From positions 1-64,000 of the IMG/VR virus record IMGVR_UViG_3300025000_000083: a stretch of DNA of 64,000 bases, one strand, 5' to 3'. Under the pieces are notes generated by a model. It saw only the letters and a list, made by a program, of their open reading frames with translations, did not search any database and was not told the DNA's origin. Origin of the DNA: a virus. Below, in pieces: positions 18,075 through 27,352 of the stretch. Made by a program: the position numbers and the translations under genes. Positions within the stretch are counted from its first letter, which is position 1. Every line of letters begins with the position of its first letter.

Positions 18075-18819
18075 ATATTTTAATTGCCTCAATTTCAGTT
18101 TTAAAATATCCGAAAAAATATCGTTTCCCATTAATTCGTTTAGCCGCAGCCCATCTTCCATTAGAACAATATACCCCATTGTATTGAGAACTTTTTTTCT
18201 TTCTAAATTGAGTAAAGTCGATACTAGTGTGCTTCCATGATTTATTATAAATAATTCGAGATAATTGTTCTGTTTTAATTTTAAAAGCAGAAGCAATTTT
18301 GGATCGTGGGGTTTTTTCTAATAGCATATCATGTATTCTTTTTAAATCGGATTCTTTAATTTTAGAAAAAAAATTTTGTTCTCCTAACATTCCTGTTTTT
18401 AAACCTATAGTATAAGCATGTTTATTATTTTCACTTGTTGTACACCATTTAAGGTTACTCACATGATTACAGCTTTGTATTCCATTGATGTGATTTACTA
18501 TTTTTTTGTCACTTTTTTCTAAAAAAGTTATTGCAACTAATCTATGTACGTAGAATACCTTTTCTTTATTCTCTTTCCATAAAATAACATGAAAGTAATT
18601 TAACTGCTTATTCCTTTTCCAATGGGATATAACTCTTGTTTTTGTATCAATATGCCCACATACGACACATTTTTTTTGAGACAAAGAAATTACCCTTCCA
18701 TAATTACTTATATAATATAGATTTTCATATTCAGGAATAGGCTTAAATATTTCATTAGGATACCTATATCTAAAATCTTTAAAATTAGAATCTTCGTAAA
18801 TGTTTAAATAATCTTTCAT
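18046..18819 (-). CDS. NUMOD4-HNH homing endonuclease with AP2-like tail
   Basis: FKPIPEYE.LY.ISNYGRV, VHRLVA..F, VNHING...N...NL.W.T..EN..H. Confidence 0.9.
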   Translation of the reverse strand: MKDYLNIYEDSNFKDFRYRYPNEIFKPIPEYENLYYISNYGRVISLSQKKCVVCGHIDTKTRVISHWKRNKQLNYFHVILWKENKEKVFYVHRLVAITFLEKSDKKIVNHINGIQSCNHVSNLKWCTTSENNKHAYTIGLKTGMLGEQNFFSKIKESDLKRIHDMLLEKTPRSKIASAFKIKTEQLSRIIYNKSWKHTSIDFTQFRKKKSSQYNGVYCSNGRWAAAKRINGKRYFFGYFKTEIEAIKIYEQKFKNVS

Positions 18820-18921
18820 TGTCAAGCTATTTAAGATTGTCAAGCAAAAAAGCAGAGAGAAGGAGGCTTGACTTCTCCGTATCACAGGGGGATCAATCCC
18901 TGCTATCTCTCCACAAATATA
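18820..18921 (-). ncRNA. Promoter plus type-A structured leader (copy 2)
   Basis: TATATTTG; GAGAGA-TAG-CAGGGATTGATCCCCCTG-TGATAC-GGAG..GTCAAGC.CTCC-T-TCTCTC; GCTTGAC occurs twice downstream. Confidence 0.8.
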
Positions 18922-18946
18922 TGAACTGTTGTTCATCTGTGCAAGT

Positions 18947-19477
18947 TTATTTTTTATTTAAAGGATTAACAAAGTCATTCCGATACCGCCATGTTCTATT
19001 CTCCTTACCAAACTTACCCATCTCCCTCTCATCCCATGAGCATTTGATGAGCCTGTTTGCCTTTGTCAGATTGGTGATGCTCCTGCGCACCGAGTTAAGC
19101 AATATCTTCTCTCCCTCTGCTTCAAGTATCTCATGCACCTTTGCCGGGGTGAACTTGTATGCAAACCTCTTTCTGAAGAAGTCCAATACAATGCCGTTCT
19201 GCTTTGCTGCCGTATCACGTGCCTGTGATAGTTGTTCTTCTGGCAACGGTACGGTGTCATGAAATACATTTTCTGGTTCCTTCATAAAAAATCTTTCTGC
19301 ACCGACAGGAAATCTATAATTTTCCATCTCCTTGGAAACTTCAATGTCTCTACATTCTTCCAAAATGCTCAAATGTTTATCCCTGTCTTTATCCTCCTCA
19401 TGGAACGTCAACTCAGGTTCTCTTGCAGACGGTAATGCCTCTGCTTTTCTTGGTCTGTGCTTATCAAATATTCCCAT
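18947..19477 (-). CDS. Winged-helix protein
   Basis: SVRRSITNL......K...G..G......W. Confidence 0.55.
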   Translation of the reverse strand: MGIFDKHRPRKAEALPSAREPELTFHEEDKDRDKHLSILEECRDIEVSKEMENYRFPVGAERFFMKEPENVFHDTVPLPEEQLSQARDTAAKQNGIVLDFFRKRFAYKFTPAKVHEILEAEGEKILLNSVRRSITNLTKANRLIKCSWDEREMGKFGKENRTWRYRNDFVNPLNKK

Positions 19478-19488
19478 GTCTTATCCTC

Positions 19489-19800
19489 CTATCCCTTGAT
19501 GCAAGTCAATCCTGAAAGTCTGTTATACCACTTACCCTTGCCATCTTTGATGACCTTATTGCCATCCAGACAGAAGGTAATCGTACACCAACACCCATCG
19601 GTAAGCTGATTAAGCTGAGTCATGTTCGTCTCATTGAACTCAAACATTACTTCCCTGGGATATTGCCCGATAAAAGTTTCCATGATTAAAATACGGAACT
19701 GTTTTGTTACCCCTGCTTTTGTCGTGAATGTCTCTGGCATCCCTACGTGGATGACCTTGCCGGAATAATCAAATTGATTTACGCTCTTGTTTTGTGACAT
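19489..19800 (-). CDS. DUF3127 OB-fold (SSB-like) protein
   Basis: YP.EV.FEF...F.L.G......KWYN.L. Confidence 0.75.
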   Translation of the reverse strand: MSQNKSVNQFDYSGKVIHVGMPETFTTKAGVTKQFRILIMETFIGQYPREVMFEFNETNMTQLNQLTDGCWCTITFCLDGNKVIKDGKGKWYNRLSGLTCIKG

Positions 19801-19808
19801 AGTTTTAG

Positions 19809-20225
19809 TTATAAAGTTTGAATTAAAATATACGTTCTTGGTGACTCTGAATATAGCTTCTCTGAGAATAACCTGCATATCTGTGAGTCGTCTTTGTAAA
19901 ATATGTGATTCATAGAATCGGTTGCGAATTTTACACAGTTATCCAAATCTTTCTTGCAGGTGTGAAACTCCGGTGCGTTATCTCTGAGCATGGAACTCTT
20001 TGCGCCACTACCATAATGACTCTTTGGTCTGCCGAAATAGAATATTATGGTTATGCCTATGGGTCCTTCTAACGGCTCCTTTGGTGCTTTCTGCTGTATC
20101 ACCGATAAAAAGTCATTTTTCTTATCACTTGATGGGTCATAGGTGCCTGAGAACTTACCTCTCTTGAAACTCCTGTGCCGCATCTGAGCATTGGGCTCAC
20201 CAAGCATCATTAATTCTATTGTCAT
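19809..20225 (-). CDS. rusA: RusA Holliday junction resolvase
   Basis: GEP....R.R, K.DLDN..K...D, DDSQI....K.Y. Confidence 0.9.
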   Translation of the reverse strand: MTIELMMLGEPNAQMRHRSFKRGKFSGTYDPSSDKKNDFLSVIQQKAPKEPLEGPIGITIIFYFGRPKSHYGSGAKSSMLRDNAPEFHTCKKDLDNCVKFATDSMNHIFYKDDSQICRLFSEKLYSESPRTYILIQTL

Positions 20226-21031
20226 TCTTTTATCTGTTTACCTATTATCCTCAACTTTTTTTCTGCATGACGTTTTATTTGAGACAAATGCATTTTTAAT
20301 TTTGTCTCGGATGTATGCAATTTCCCTAACCTATCCTTATTCCCTGTTTTGCATAGGCGCATTGCTTCTCTTTTTTCTTCTGACCACTTCCTCCCTACTG
20401 AATTTTTATTTCCTATCTTAGCCAAAGACATCTTTTTCCTTACTTCAAGAGACATGACTTTTCCTTTTTTAGCAAGACTCATTTTTAACTTTGCTTCATT
20501 TGAATGTGTCTTCCCTAAAAAGCTTTGCTGTCCCATTTTTGCCTTGCTGATATTCTCACATCTTTGTTTTTTATTATTATTCCAAGATTCACTAATTTTC
20601 TTTTTAAATTCTGGGGTTAATGGCTTCCCTTTTCCCCAAGGTATATGCCCCTTTTTAAATTCGGTATGCGGAGATATATGCAAGCCCTTATTTCGTAAAC
20701 TCTGCTTTCTACGTGATTCTACTGAATGCTTACAGCCAAGAGGGCTTCCCGCAATCTTAGAGATATTAAAATAAGGATTATATAAATCTATAAAAAATTG
20801 TTCGTTCCTAAGTAAATCAATCCTATCACAACCAATTAGCGTAGAAAAACACAAGTCATCTTCTCCATATTTATTGTAATGATCTTGCAATAAAAAAGAA
20901 TGATGTTTTTGTAATCTAAGGTCTTTGATATGTATGTTTTTTCTTTGCTCTATATGGACTGAACTTCCAATATAGCATCTTTGAAGATTACTTATAGATT
21001 GAATCATGTAAATGCCAGTGGTTGCTTTCAT
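20222..21031 (-). CDS. GIY-YIG homing endonuclease with NUMOD3 repeats (alternative start at 21136)
   Basis: GIY.I.....YIGSS, EQ.FI, repeated HS.E.K.KMS. Confidence 0.9.
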   Translation of the reverse strand: MKATTGIYMIQSISNLQRCYIGSSVHIEQRKNIHIKDLRLQKHHSFLLQDHYNKYGEDDLCFSTLIGCDRIDLLRNEQFFIDLYNPYFNISKIAGSPLGCKHSVESRRKQSLRNKGLHISPHTEFKKGHIPWGKGKPLTPEFKKKISESWNNNKKQRCENISKAKMGQQSFLGKTHSNEAKLKMSLAKKGKVMSLEVRKKMSLAKIGNKNSVGRKWSEEKREAMRLCKTGNKDRLGKLHTSETKLKMHLSQIKRHAEKKLRIIGKQIKE

Positions 21032-21164
21032 GTTAAGTATAAAAACCCCGATTGAAAGCGGCTTACTACTCGATCCATGTGATTGGAGGGAATACACTTT
21101 CGCACGGGGTGTTAATATTTCAGTTTCTTTTAACATGAATGAGTAGTAAAGCACTACAAATATA
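21032..21164 (-). ncRNA. Promoter plus type-B structured leader
   Basis: TATATTTG at 21157-21164; helices 21152-21133/21080-21061 and 21110-21095/21060-21045. Confidence 0.7.
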
Positions 21165-21175
21165 AGAAATTATGA

Positions 21176-21421
21176 TTACTTTGCTATACTTCGACCTATA
21201 ATTTTTATCTGACCCGGCAAAAAGGTCTCAATTTGCCCTGTCTTAACGTGCTCACATACTGCTATGGTGTAGTTCACTGCTGCTATCCTTTCTGCATCCA
21301 CATCAAACACCTTGTAGTCCAATCCCCAATAATGAAGCCAGTATTCACCCTTCTCATACATCGGTTCTCCGTCCTTTAACTCTCCGTCCTTCTCCCATGT
21401 TGCTTCTACAAGTATCTTCAT
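21176..21421 (-). CDS. Hypothetical protein
   Basis: H.WG...YT.A..E...GQI....P..I pattern. Confidence 0.6.
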   Translation of the reverse strand: MKILVEATWEKDGELKDGEPMYEKGEYWLHYWGLDYKVFDVDAERIAAVNYTIAVCEHVKTGQIETFLPGQIKIIGRSIAK

Positions 21422-21737
21422 CTTCTTTGTATTTCCAAATGTGTCCTGCCCTTGTTTTCTTTCCTGATTTCAATGATCTCAGTATCGCTCTTGATGTGTA
21501 TCCTACTGCCTTTGCAGCCACAAGTTGATTCTCAAATTCCGCTATCTCGATCCCTCCAAGATCACACTGTATGATCTTCTTTCCCGTTGCGTGCCCATAG
21601 TGCTTTGTCCCTTCACAGAACGATATTGACACTAACTCCCTGATGTACTCCTCTGCCCTGTCCTGTCTCCATGGAGTAATCAACCCCTCCTTCTTCATCC
21701 AATACAATGCCCTCTTAACGGCTCGTTCCTGATCCAT
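21354..21737 (-). CDS. NUMOD1-domain protein
   Basis: IIQ.DL.G..I.EF.....AA....I......K.T..GHIWKY. Confidence 0.65.
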   Translation of the reverse strand: MDQERAVKRALYWMKKEGLITPWRQDRAEEYIRELVSISFCEGTKHYGHATGKKIIQCDLGGIEIAEFENQLVAAKAVGYTSRAILRSLKSGKKTRAGHIWKYKEDEDTCRSNMGEGRRVKGRRTDV

Positions 21738-22401
21738 CTCTTATAATATTCAATGGATGTTCCGTTCCATGTGCGATAACAAAATCATTGTAGGCTCGGG
21801 CTGCCTGTTCGGGGGTTAAGTGATATCCTAAACGGTATTTTTCCCCATTATAATGAATCTCAGCAACCCATCGTTTTATTCTTTCTCCTGTTTTAATATA
21901 AGAAATACCCCTATATCCTGTTGTATTTGTCTTTCTTAGTAGCCGGGTGTTCTCATTACTGATGTTTGATGTAATCCACCTGCAATTACTTGGGTAATAA
22001 CCCTTGTCATTATTTTCTCTGTCAAGCAATAATCCTTTTTTATACCCATTTACTATTGCCCAATTATAAAATGAAACAAAATTATTTTTCCATTCATCAC
22101 AAATAGTTATTCCCCTGCCCCCCCATTCTGGATATGCTTTATCTTTAGGATTCAAACACCGTTGTTGCATAGCCTTAAACACACCATAAAGAGGATGTTT
22201 GACTAACCCATGCTTTATACTTCGTTCTAAAAATAATCTTGCGTTTTCACAATGGCATGATTTTATATACCCCCGGCTTATTGCACTTACACATGCTCTG
22301 AAAGGTTGCTTACAAATAGGGCATTCATAAATGGCAAGGTGCTTTTTTTGCTTACTATTCTCTGTTGTAAATTGTCTTCCTAAATCGTGAATCATTTTCA
22401 T
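21715..22401 (-). CDS. HNH-AP2 homing endonuclease (alternative start at 22509)
   Basis: Paralog of 14776: MKMI.DLG.Q, CPIC, GGRGI.IC.EW, DR.NND.GY.P.NCRW, AP2 tail. Confidence 0.88.
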   Translation of the reverse strand: MKMIHDLGRQFTTENSKQKKHLAIYECPICKQPFRACVSAISRGYIKSCHCENARLFLERSIKHGLVKHPLYGVFKAMQQRCLNPKDKAYPEWGGRGITICDEWKNNFVSFYNWAIVNGYKKGLLLDRENNDKGYYPSNCRWITSNISNENTRLLRKTNTTGYRGISYIKTGERIKRWVAEIHYNGEKYRLGYHLTPEQAARAYNDFVIAHGTEHPLNIIRDGSGTSR

Positions 22402-22544
22402 GGGTGGAAATAATGGAGCATCCCCGGCTGCTTTAATCATCGGCATCTGTGTCGAAACGACAGAATTAGACGAAACCAGGGATGCAGTATTTTTACTTAA
22501 AATTTCCATTATTCAGATACCGTGATTAAAGCGTAGTAAAGATA
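22402..22544 (-). ncRNA. Promoter-like site plus type-B structured leader
   Basis: TATCTTTA at 22537-22544; helices 22532-22514/22449-22430 and 22485-22474/22429-22418. Confidence 0.7.
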
Positions 22545-22552
22545 TGCTAATT

Positions 22553-23716
22553 TTATTCCCAATCCAAATTTATTTTATCAAACTCTTCCAGAACTCTTTC
22601 TTCAGAGGGCGATTCCTTGATCTTATTTGAAGCAACTCTGTTCTTTGATCCTTTCCTTTCGCTCCACGAATAGCTTCCGAGACGACCAAAGTCTATGGCT
22701 TCTGCTCCGCTTAAAGTAAGTTGTTTGATTAAAGTATTGGCAATGCCTGTGCGCTCCTCCTCAATAACATTCTTCACCTTTAGAAGCATTTTGTCCTGCT
22801 TACATAATCCATACGCTTCCATCGTTCCCTCAATTGTCTCCCTTTCCTGTAGATACCTCTTATTAAGAAACTCCTGATAGGATTTCGTCTTATCGGGATC
22901 CGGTTCATGCTTCTGAATGATAGCATCCTGTTTTTCCACTTCAGATAGATTACCCGCTCTCTCAGCTTCCTGTCTTTTGGCAAATGCCTCTTTAGCGGGT
23001 AACACCCGGTTGTACCAAAATCCCTTGGTTATTTCAATGATTTTCTCACAGAGTCCATCATCACGCTGTATTTTCTCTACTCTTAGCCTATTGCCATTTT
23101 CCAGAATACAAATTTCGGCATAGTCAGATTCAATGATCGCCATGTACTGATGTATCTGCATGAGGTAATAAATGGGCATTCCGTCCTCCCATTTTTGGGC
23201 AACCCATTGGTTCATTGCCTTGCATTCCAATACGGCTTCTGTGGTCAGAGGATCGCCTGTAAGTAAGTTTCTTCCCCCTGTGATATTCATTACCCTGTCA
23301 AGAGATGCAAATAGCCATGGATATTTTGGATTTACCACATACCCATTAACACTCCTGCATTCCCTTATGATCTTTTTATCCTTATAGTTCTGAATATAAC
23401 CCTCTTGCGTTCCGTCCCAATAACGCCATTTATCTGCAATCTGATCTTCGAGTTCTCTTCCCCAAAACATAGACTCGTTATCGTTCTTGCGGGTATCAAT
23501 AGTCCCTACTTTTTCATGGAATATCCATATTGCAGAATCATAGTCAGGATTAGGTAAAAGCAGATTCCCTACTTCAGAGCCGCCAATTCCATTTTTACGA
23601 AACCGATACCATTCTTCGGAATGTTCTGGTATCCTGGTAATAATCAAATCACTTCTCATTTTTTCTGATGTATTTTTCAAGTTTCTTTTTAGCCCTTTTG
23701 AGTTTTCCCTTCTCAA
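22553..23716 (-). CDS. YqaJ/lambda-exonuclease-like recombination nuclease (true start probably 23659)
   Basis: EW...R..GIGGSE, M.WG..LE, PWL.ASLDR, LECK, Y..Q...YM. Confidence 0.9.
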   Translation of the reverse strand: MRRENSKGLKRNLKNTSEKMRSDLIITRIPEHSEEWYRFRKNGIGGSEVGNLLLPNPDYDSAIWIFHEKVGTIDTRKNDNESMFWGRELEDQIADKWRYWDGTQEGYIQNYKDKKIIRECRSVNGYVVNPKYPWLFASLDRVMNITGGRNLLTGDPLTTEAVLECKAMNQWVAQKWEDGMPIYYLMQIHQYMAIIESDYAEICILENGNRLRVEKIQRDDGLCEKIIEITKGFWYNRVLPAKEAFAKRQEAERAGNLSEVEKQDAIIQKHEPDPDKTKSYQEFLNKRYLQERETIEGTMEAYGLCKQDKMLLKVKNVIEEERTGIANTLIKQLTLSGAEAIDFGRLGSYSWSERKGSKNRVASNKIKESPSEERVLEEFDKINLDWE

Positions 23717-23775
23717 TTAATAAGGCTACATGAATATATTGTTCTAAACTAATGCCACTCATCGTTATATTTCTT

Positions 23776-24264
23776 TTATTGTCCCCAGAGTTCTTTCCTT
23801 CTTTTCTCTGCTGCCTTTAAGTTATCCTCTCCCAACTCAGTTTTTCTTCCGTGATCGTCAATACATTTGTCAGGCAGTAGTAAAAACATTCCCTTCGCAT
23901 CAGGAATCCAGACAACATCATTATCTTTCCAATGAAAGTCTCCCCTCTCTCCTTTAAACGGAGGAATAAGGTCTGGCATTTCTTCTTCATCTTTTAGCAT
24001 GTGTTTCAAATCGGGAGGGAGTTGATCAAGATGATAAACTTCAACAATACATCCCTCTACTTTTTTGTACCAGAAAGGTAAGCACATATACTCATTTCCC
24101 CCTTCTGCAATAAGGCTCCCTGACGATTCAATAAAATCAATTACTTCCTGTTTTACTTCTACTCTATCCATGGCTATTTCATGTTTAATGGTTGCGGAGG
24201 TTTGATGTCCAGCTTCAATGGCTGTAACTCTTTGTATATCTCTGTGAAGATTTCGTTGATCCAA
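23776..24264 (-). CDS. Hypothetical protein (true start probably 24171)
   Basis: ORF in operon. Confidence 0.5.
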   Translation of the reverse strand: MDQRNLHRDIQRVTAIEAGHQTSATIKHEIAMDRVEVKQEVIDFIESSGSLIAEGGNEYMCLPFWYKKVEGCIVEVYHLDQLPPDLKHMLKDEEEMPDLIPPFKGERGDFHWKDNDVVWIPDAKGMFLLLPDKCIDDHGRKTELGEDNLKAAEKRRKELWGQ

Positions 24265-24602
24265 TCGGCTTGGATGCTCATCAACTCAACTTCCTGGCGA
24301 CCTTCATTGCTGATGTCGCTGTACCATTTCGCATATAGTTTCGCTAAATTATTGACAAGCCTCTCGTGCTGTGCACATAGTTTCATTCCCTCATCATAGT
24401 GCGTTTGGTACACCGCCAGCCATGCCTTGTAAGCATCGTACTGTGCCTGTCCTGCTTTCTTTTTGTCTTCGCTTTCCCATTTATAGGTGTCATCGTGCAT
24501 GATGGCTTCGGCCTTGGCTACTTTCTCCTTCTGAGGGTCGAGTATCTTCTGCTTAAACACTTGCAATTTATTCGCAAACGCATAATCATTAACATTGCTC
24601 AT
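24174..24602 (-). CDS. Hypothetical coiled-coil protein
   Basis: ORF in operon. Confidence 0.6.
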   Translation of the reverse strand: MSNVNDYAFANKLQVFKQKILDPQKEKVAKAEAIMHDDTYKWESEDKKKAGQAQYDAYKAWLAVYQTHYDEGMKLCAQHERLVNNLAKLYAKWYSDISNEGRQEVELMSIQADWINEIFTEIYKELQPLKLDIKPPQPLNMK

Positions 24603-24880
24603 ATCTTCTTGTTTTTAGTTTTGTCCCTTCCAAAGAATAACCTGTGCTCATTGACCAGAAAATGATCAGTGCCATCAATCACCATCAGCGATGCACTCTT
24701 GCGTGGAAAGTAAACGTGCTCCCCCTTCTTGAATACCCTGCACTCACTACCCAAATCTGTTATTGTACCCCACTCAGGCAACATTTCCACAGAGTTTTTT
24801 GGGATGATGAGTTGTCCTGATGGTGTTCTCTCCGGCAATTTGTCCGGCTTAATAAGCACTACTGTTCCTAAAATTATCAT
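24599..24880 (-). CDS. groES: GroES-like co-chaperonin
   Basis: VLIKP....E.T.SG.LIIP...G.I...G....GE.V.F...IDG......E. Confidence 0.85.
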   Translation of the reverse strand: MIILGTVVLIKPDKLPERTPSGQLIIPKNSVEMLPEWGTITDLGSECRVFKKGEHVYFPRKSASLMVIDGTDHFLVNEHRLFFGRDKTKNKKI

Positions 24881-24902
24881 ATCAAATTGTTTTTAAGTTA
24901 CA

Positions 24903-26873
24903 TCAAAAGGGCAGGTCCGACTCATTCTTTCCGTTATCTCCGAACACATCATCGTCCTTTTGGTTCTTTGGAGGATTAAGTGCTCCCCTTATTGGCTCCG
25001 GTGCTTTCTTTTCCTTGTCATCCACAAGTTCAAAACGTCCTCCCTTCTTATAGTCCATCTTCAACTTTACCCTGTCATGTATCCCTTCTTCTTCAAATCT
25101 TATCTTCTCTGTTCTGAGAATAGTAGGTGTTTCGGAATCTACAAAATACTTATCATCCTCATCTGCCTCCTCGGGAATATCCTCTTTCTTCTTCTTACGG
25201 TTCATATTCCGGTGAACAATGATACCTATGTCACTCTTCTCTTTCCATGCTGAACTCCCTTTGATGTCATACAAGCACGGCATCCGGTAGTTAATCCCTA
25301 TTTTCTCTATTTTGGTGGGGTGTGCAACGATTATGCCATGCAGGTCATAGTAGTCATTAAAATCAATGAGATGATCAAGCTGTGAACTTATATATGCCGT
25401 TTCAGTGATGTTCTTCGGCTGCTCATGTTCAATCTTGTTCCACGCATCAATGATATAACCAAAGATGTTCTCCGTCTTTTTGAGATACACAAGGTACTCG
25501 CATATTGATGCCATGGTGTTCACCTTATCTGATTTTATCTTGCCATTAAAGGTGTCAAAGTTCCTCCTGTCTGGTGATACGACAAAGAAATGCTTTTGTA
25601 TGTACCACATGGTCTTGTCACGCAATGGTTTTCCCATGGAGTTACCCCAACCATCCCTGAAATACTTGCCTGTGATAACCTCTGCTATCTTTACATATTC
25701 CCTACTTACTGGTCTGTTCTCAGGGGTGAATAACCCAAACTTCAAATCTGCTTTATCATTATGACTGATAAGTTCCGTGGTGTGCCATCTGACATACGTG
25801 CTCTTGCCTGATCCGGGCAAGCCAGTAACCACCTGCAGTCTCTTTGGCTTCTCGGTATAGAGTCTGTCAATCTCTGGGGTTCCCATCATCAAACCTTTTG
25901 TAAACCCTTCCTTTGCATATACTTCAAGTTCATCCTTGACATCCATTGGCCTAATGATCCCTGCAAGCGGGAATGATGATAGATTCTGATAGCACTCATC
26001 AACACCCGCTTTCCCAAGTGCCGGAAGTTTCTTATCGTCTTTATTAACCCCTATATAAACTTCGTTTGAATCCTTGTACCCAATAGGATAATTAACATAC
26101 TTGCACTTCTCTTTGCCAAGAAGCAACGCTAAGTGATTTCTTAACTTAATCCCTGCAGCATCTCCATCTGTGGCAATGATATGTAATTCAACGTCCGCAA
26201 TGACACTTTGAACATACTTATCGTGAATATAATCAAACTCGTTTTCAAAATTCTTCGCTAAAAGACTTGGTGCCCCTGATGGTACGCTTATAATGTTTTT
26301 ATAATCACACTGAATCCACGTAAGAGTATCTACATGCCCTTCTGTCCACGTAAGTATCTTCTTCTCTTCGGGAGGAAAATTGACGTATTCGAGTCCCCAC
26401 GGAAGCGTTCTGGTGCCATATTCCTTATTGAGATTCCACCATTTTGTAAAATCATCTCCCTTCTTCCACCGGATATTAAGATACTTCACATCTACAAGAG
26501 TCTGGCTGATGTAGGTAGGGAAGCCAAGTATAGGCTTCTGCCCCATGGAAAATTCAAAAACCTTTCTTCCTAATGGAATCTTTAAGTCAATTCCTCTGCT
26601 CTCCCAATATGCTCTTATCTCCTTCGAGTAGGTTTCAGCAAACTGCTTTGGCATTTTAGACCTCTCTTGTACCTTAGCATAAATCTCCATTGCCCCCAAA
26701 TTAGCACTCCATGAGCAATGATGACATTTTATCCAAACATTTCCGGGCTCATTATTAACGGTAAGGCACGGTGCGTTCTTATGATGCTGACGAGTATCAT
26801 TGCACTTTGGGCACTGCGTTGACCAACGTACTTTTCCGGGAATTGTTTTTATGCCGAGGTCTTCGAGAATCAT
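24903..26873 (-). CDS. T7 gp4/Twinkle-like primase-helicase
   Basis: Zn ribbon CPKC..CHHC, Toprim TEG..D and D.D.AG, Walker A GLPGSGKS, IID.WN, VAHP.K, YDI.GS..W. Confidence 0.92.
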   Translation of the reverse strand: MILEDLGIKTIPGKVRWSTQCPKCNDTRQHHKNAPCLTVNNEPGNVWIKCHHCSWSANLGAMEIYAKVQERSKMPKQFAETYSKEIRAYWESRGIDLKIPLGRKVFEFSMGQKPILGFPTYISQTLVDVKYLNIRWKKGDDFTKWWNLNKEYGTRTLPWGLEYVNFPPEEKKILTWTEGHVDTLTWIQCDYKNIISVPSGAPSLLAKNFENEFDYIHDKYVQSVIADVELHIIATDGDAAGIKLRNHLALLLGKEKCKYVNYPIGYKDSNEVYIGVNKDDKKLPALGKAGVDECYQNLSSFPLAGIIRPMDVKDELEVYAKEGFTKGLMMGTPEIDRLYTEKPKRLQVVTGLPGSGKSTYVRWHTTELISHNDKADLKFGLFTPENRPVSREYVKIAEVITGKYFRDGWGNSMGKPLRDKTMWYIQKHFFVVSPDRRNFDTFNGKIKSDKVNTMASICEYLVYLKKTENIFGYIIDAWNKIEHEQPKNITETAYISSQLDHLIDFNDYYDLHGIIVAHPTKIEKIGINYRMPCLYDIKGSSAWKEKSDIGIIVHRNMNRKKKKEDIPEEADEDDKYFVDSETPTILRTEKIRFEEEGIHDRVKLKMDYKKGGRFELVDDKEKKAPEPIRGALNPPKNQKDDDVFGDNGKNESDLPF

Positions 26874-27199
26874 ACCTTAATATACTTTTCTGACTTTTCA
26901 TTACGTACGATGAACTTCGGGCCATCATTACCTTCTTTGTCTGGATACAAGTAACAGTAGTCCAGTTCGGTGTCATACTTGCCATCTATTATCAGTGGCC
27001 TTGTTTTATTGGTAATTGTTGATACTGCCAAATTCGTTATGAGGGCAAACTGGCTTATCGTAAAGACATTGTAAAGCATTATTGTCTTTATCCTATCTTC
27101 ATCCATCCCTGTTTTTAAGGATATTGCTTTAATGAGCTCGGTGTCCGTCTTATGCAATTGACACTTTACTCCCCTTATAAGTCCAAATTTTTCTTCCAT
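26870..27199 (-). CDS. Probable HTH DNA-binding protein
   Basis: FTISQFALITNLAVSTI; TAGCTTTG promoter element at about 27220-27227. Confidence 0.55.
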   Translation of the reverse strand: MEEKFGLIRGVKCQLHKTDTELIKAISLKTGMDEDRIKTIMLYNVFTISQFALITNLAVSTITNKTRPLIIDGKYDTELDYCYLYPDKEGNDGPKFIVRNEKSEKYIKV

Positions 27200-27297
27200 G
27201 GTGAAATAATTGATTCATGCAAAGCTAATGCTTGTTATTTTATTTTGCAAATATATTTTATAATTTGTTTTTGTAAAGTTATTAACAGCCACCAAAT

Positions 27298-27323
27298 AAA
27301 AAGGGAAACATTACTGTCTCCCT
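27298..27323 (-). terminator. Probable terminator closing the late operon
   Basis: AGGGAGACA/TGTTTCCCT stem plus T-run. Confidence 0.55.
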
Positions 27324-27352
27324 GATTCGATGCGTCTGAGATGCACAATAAG

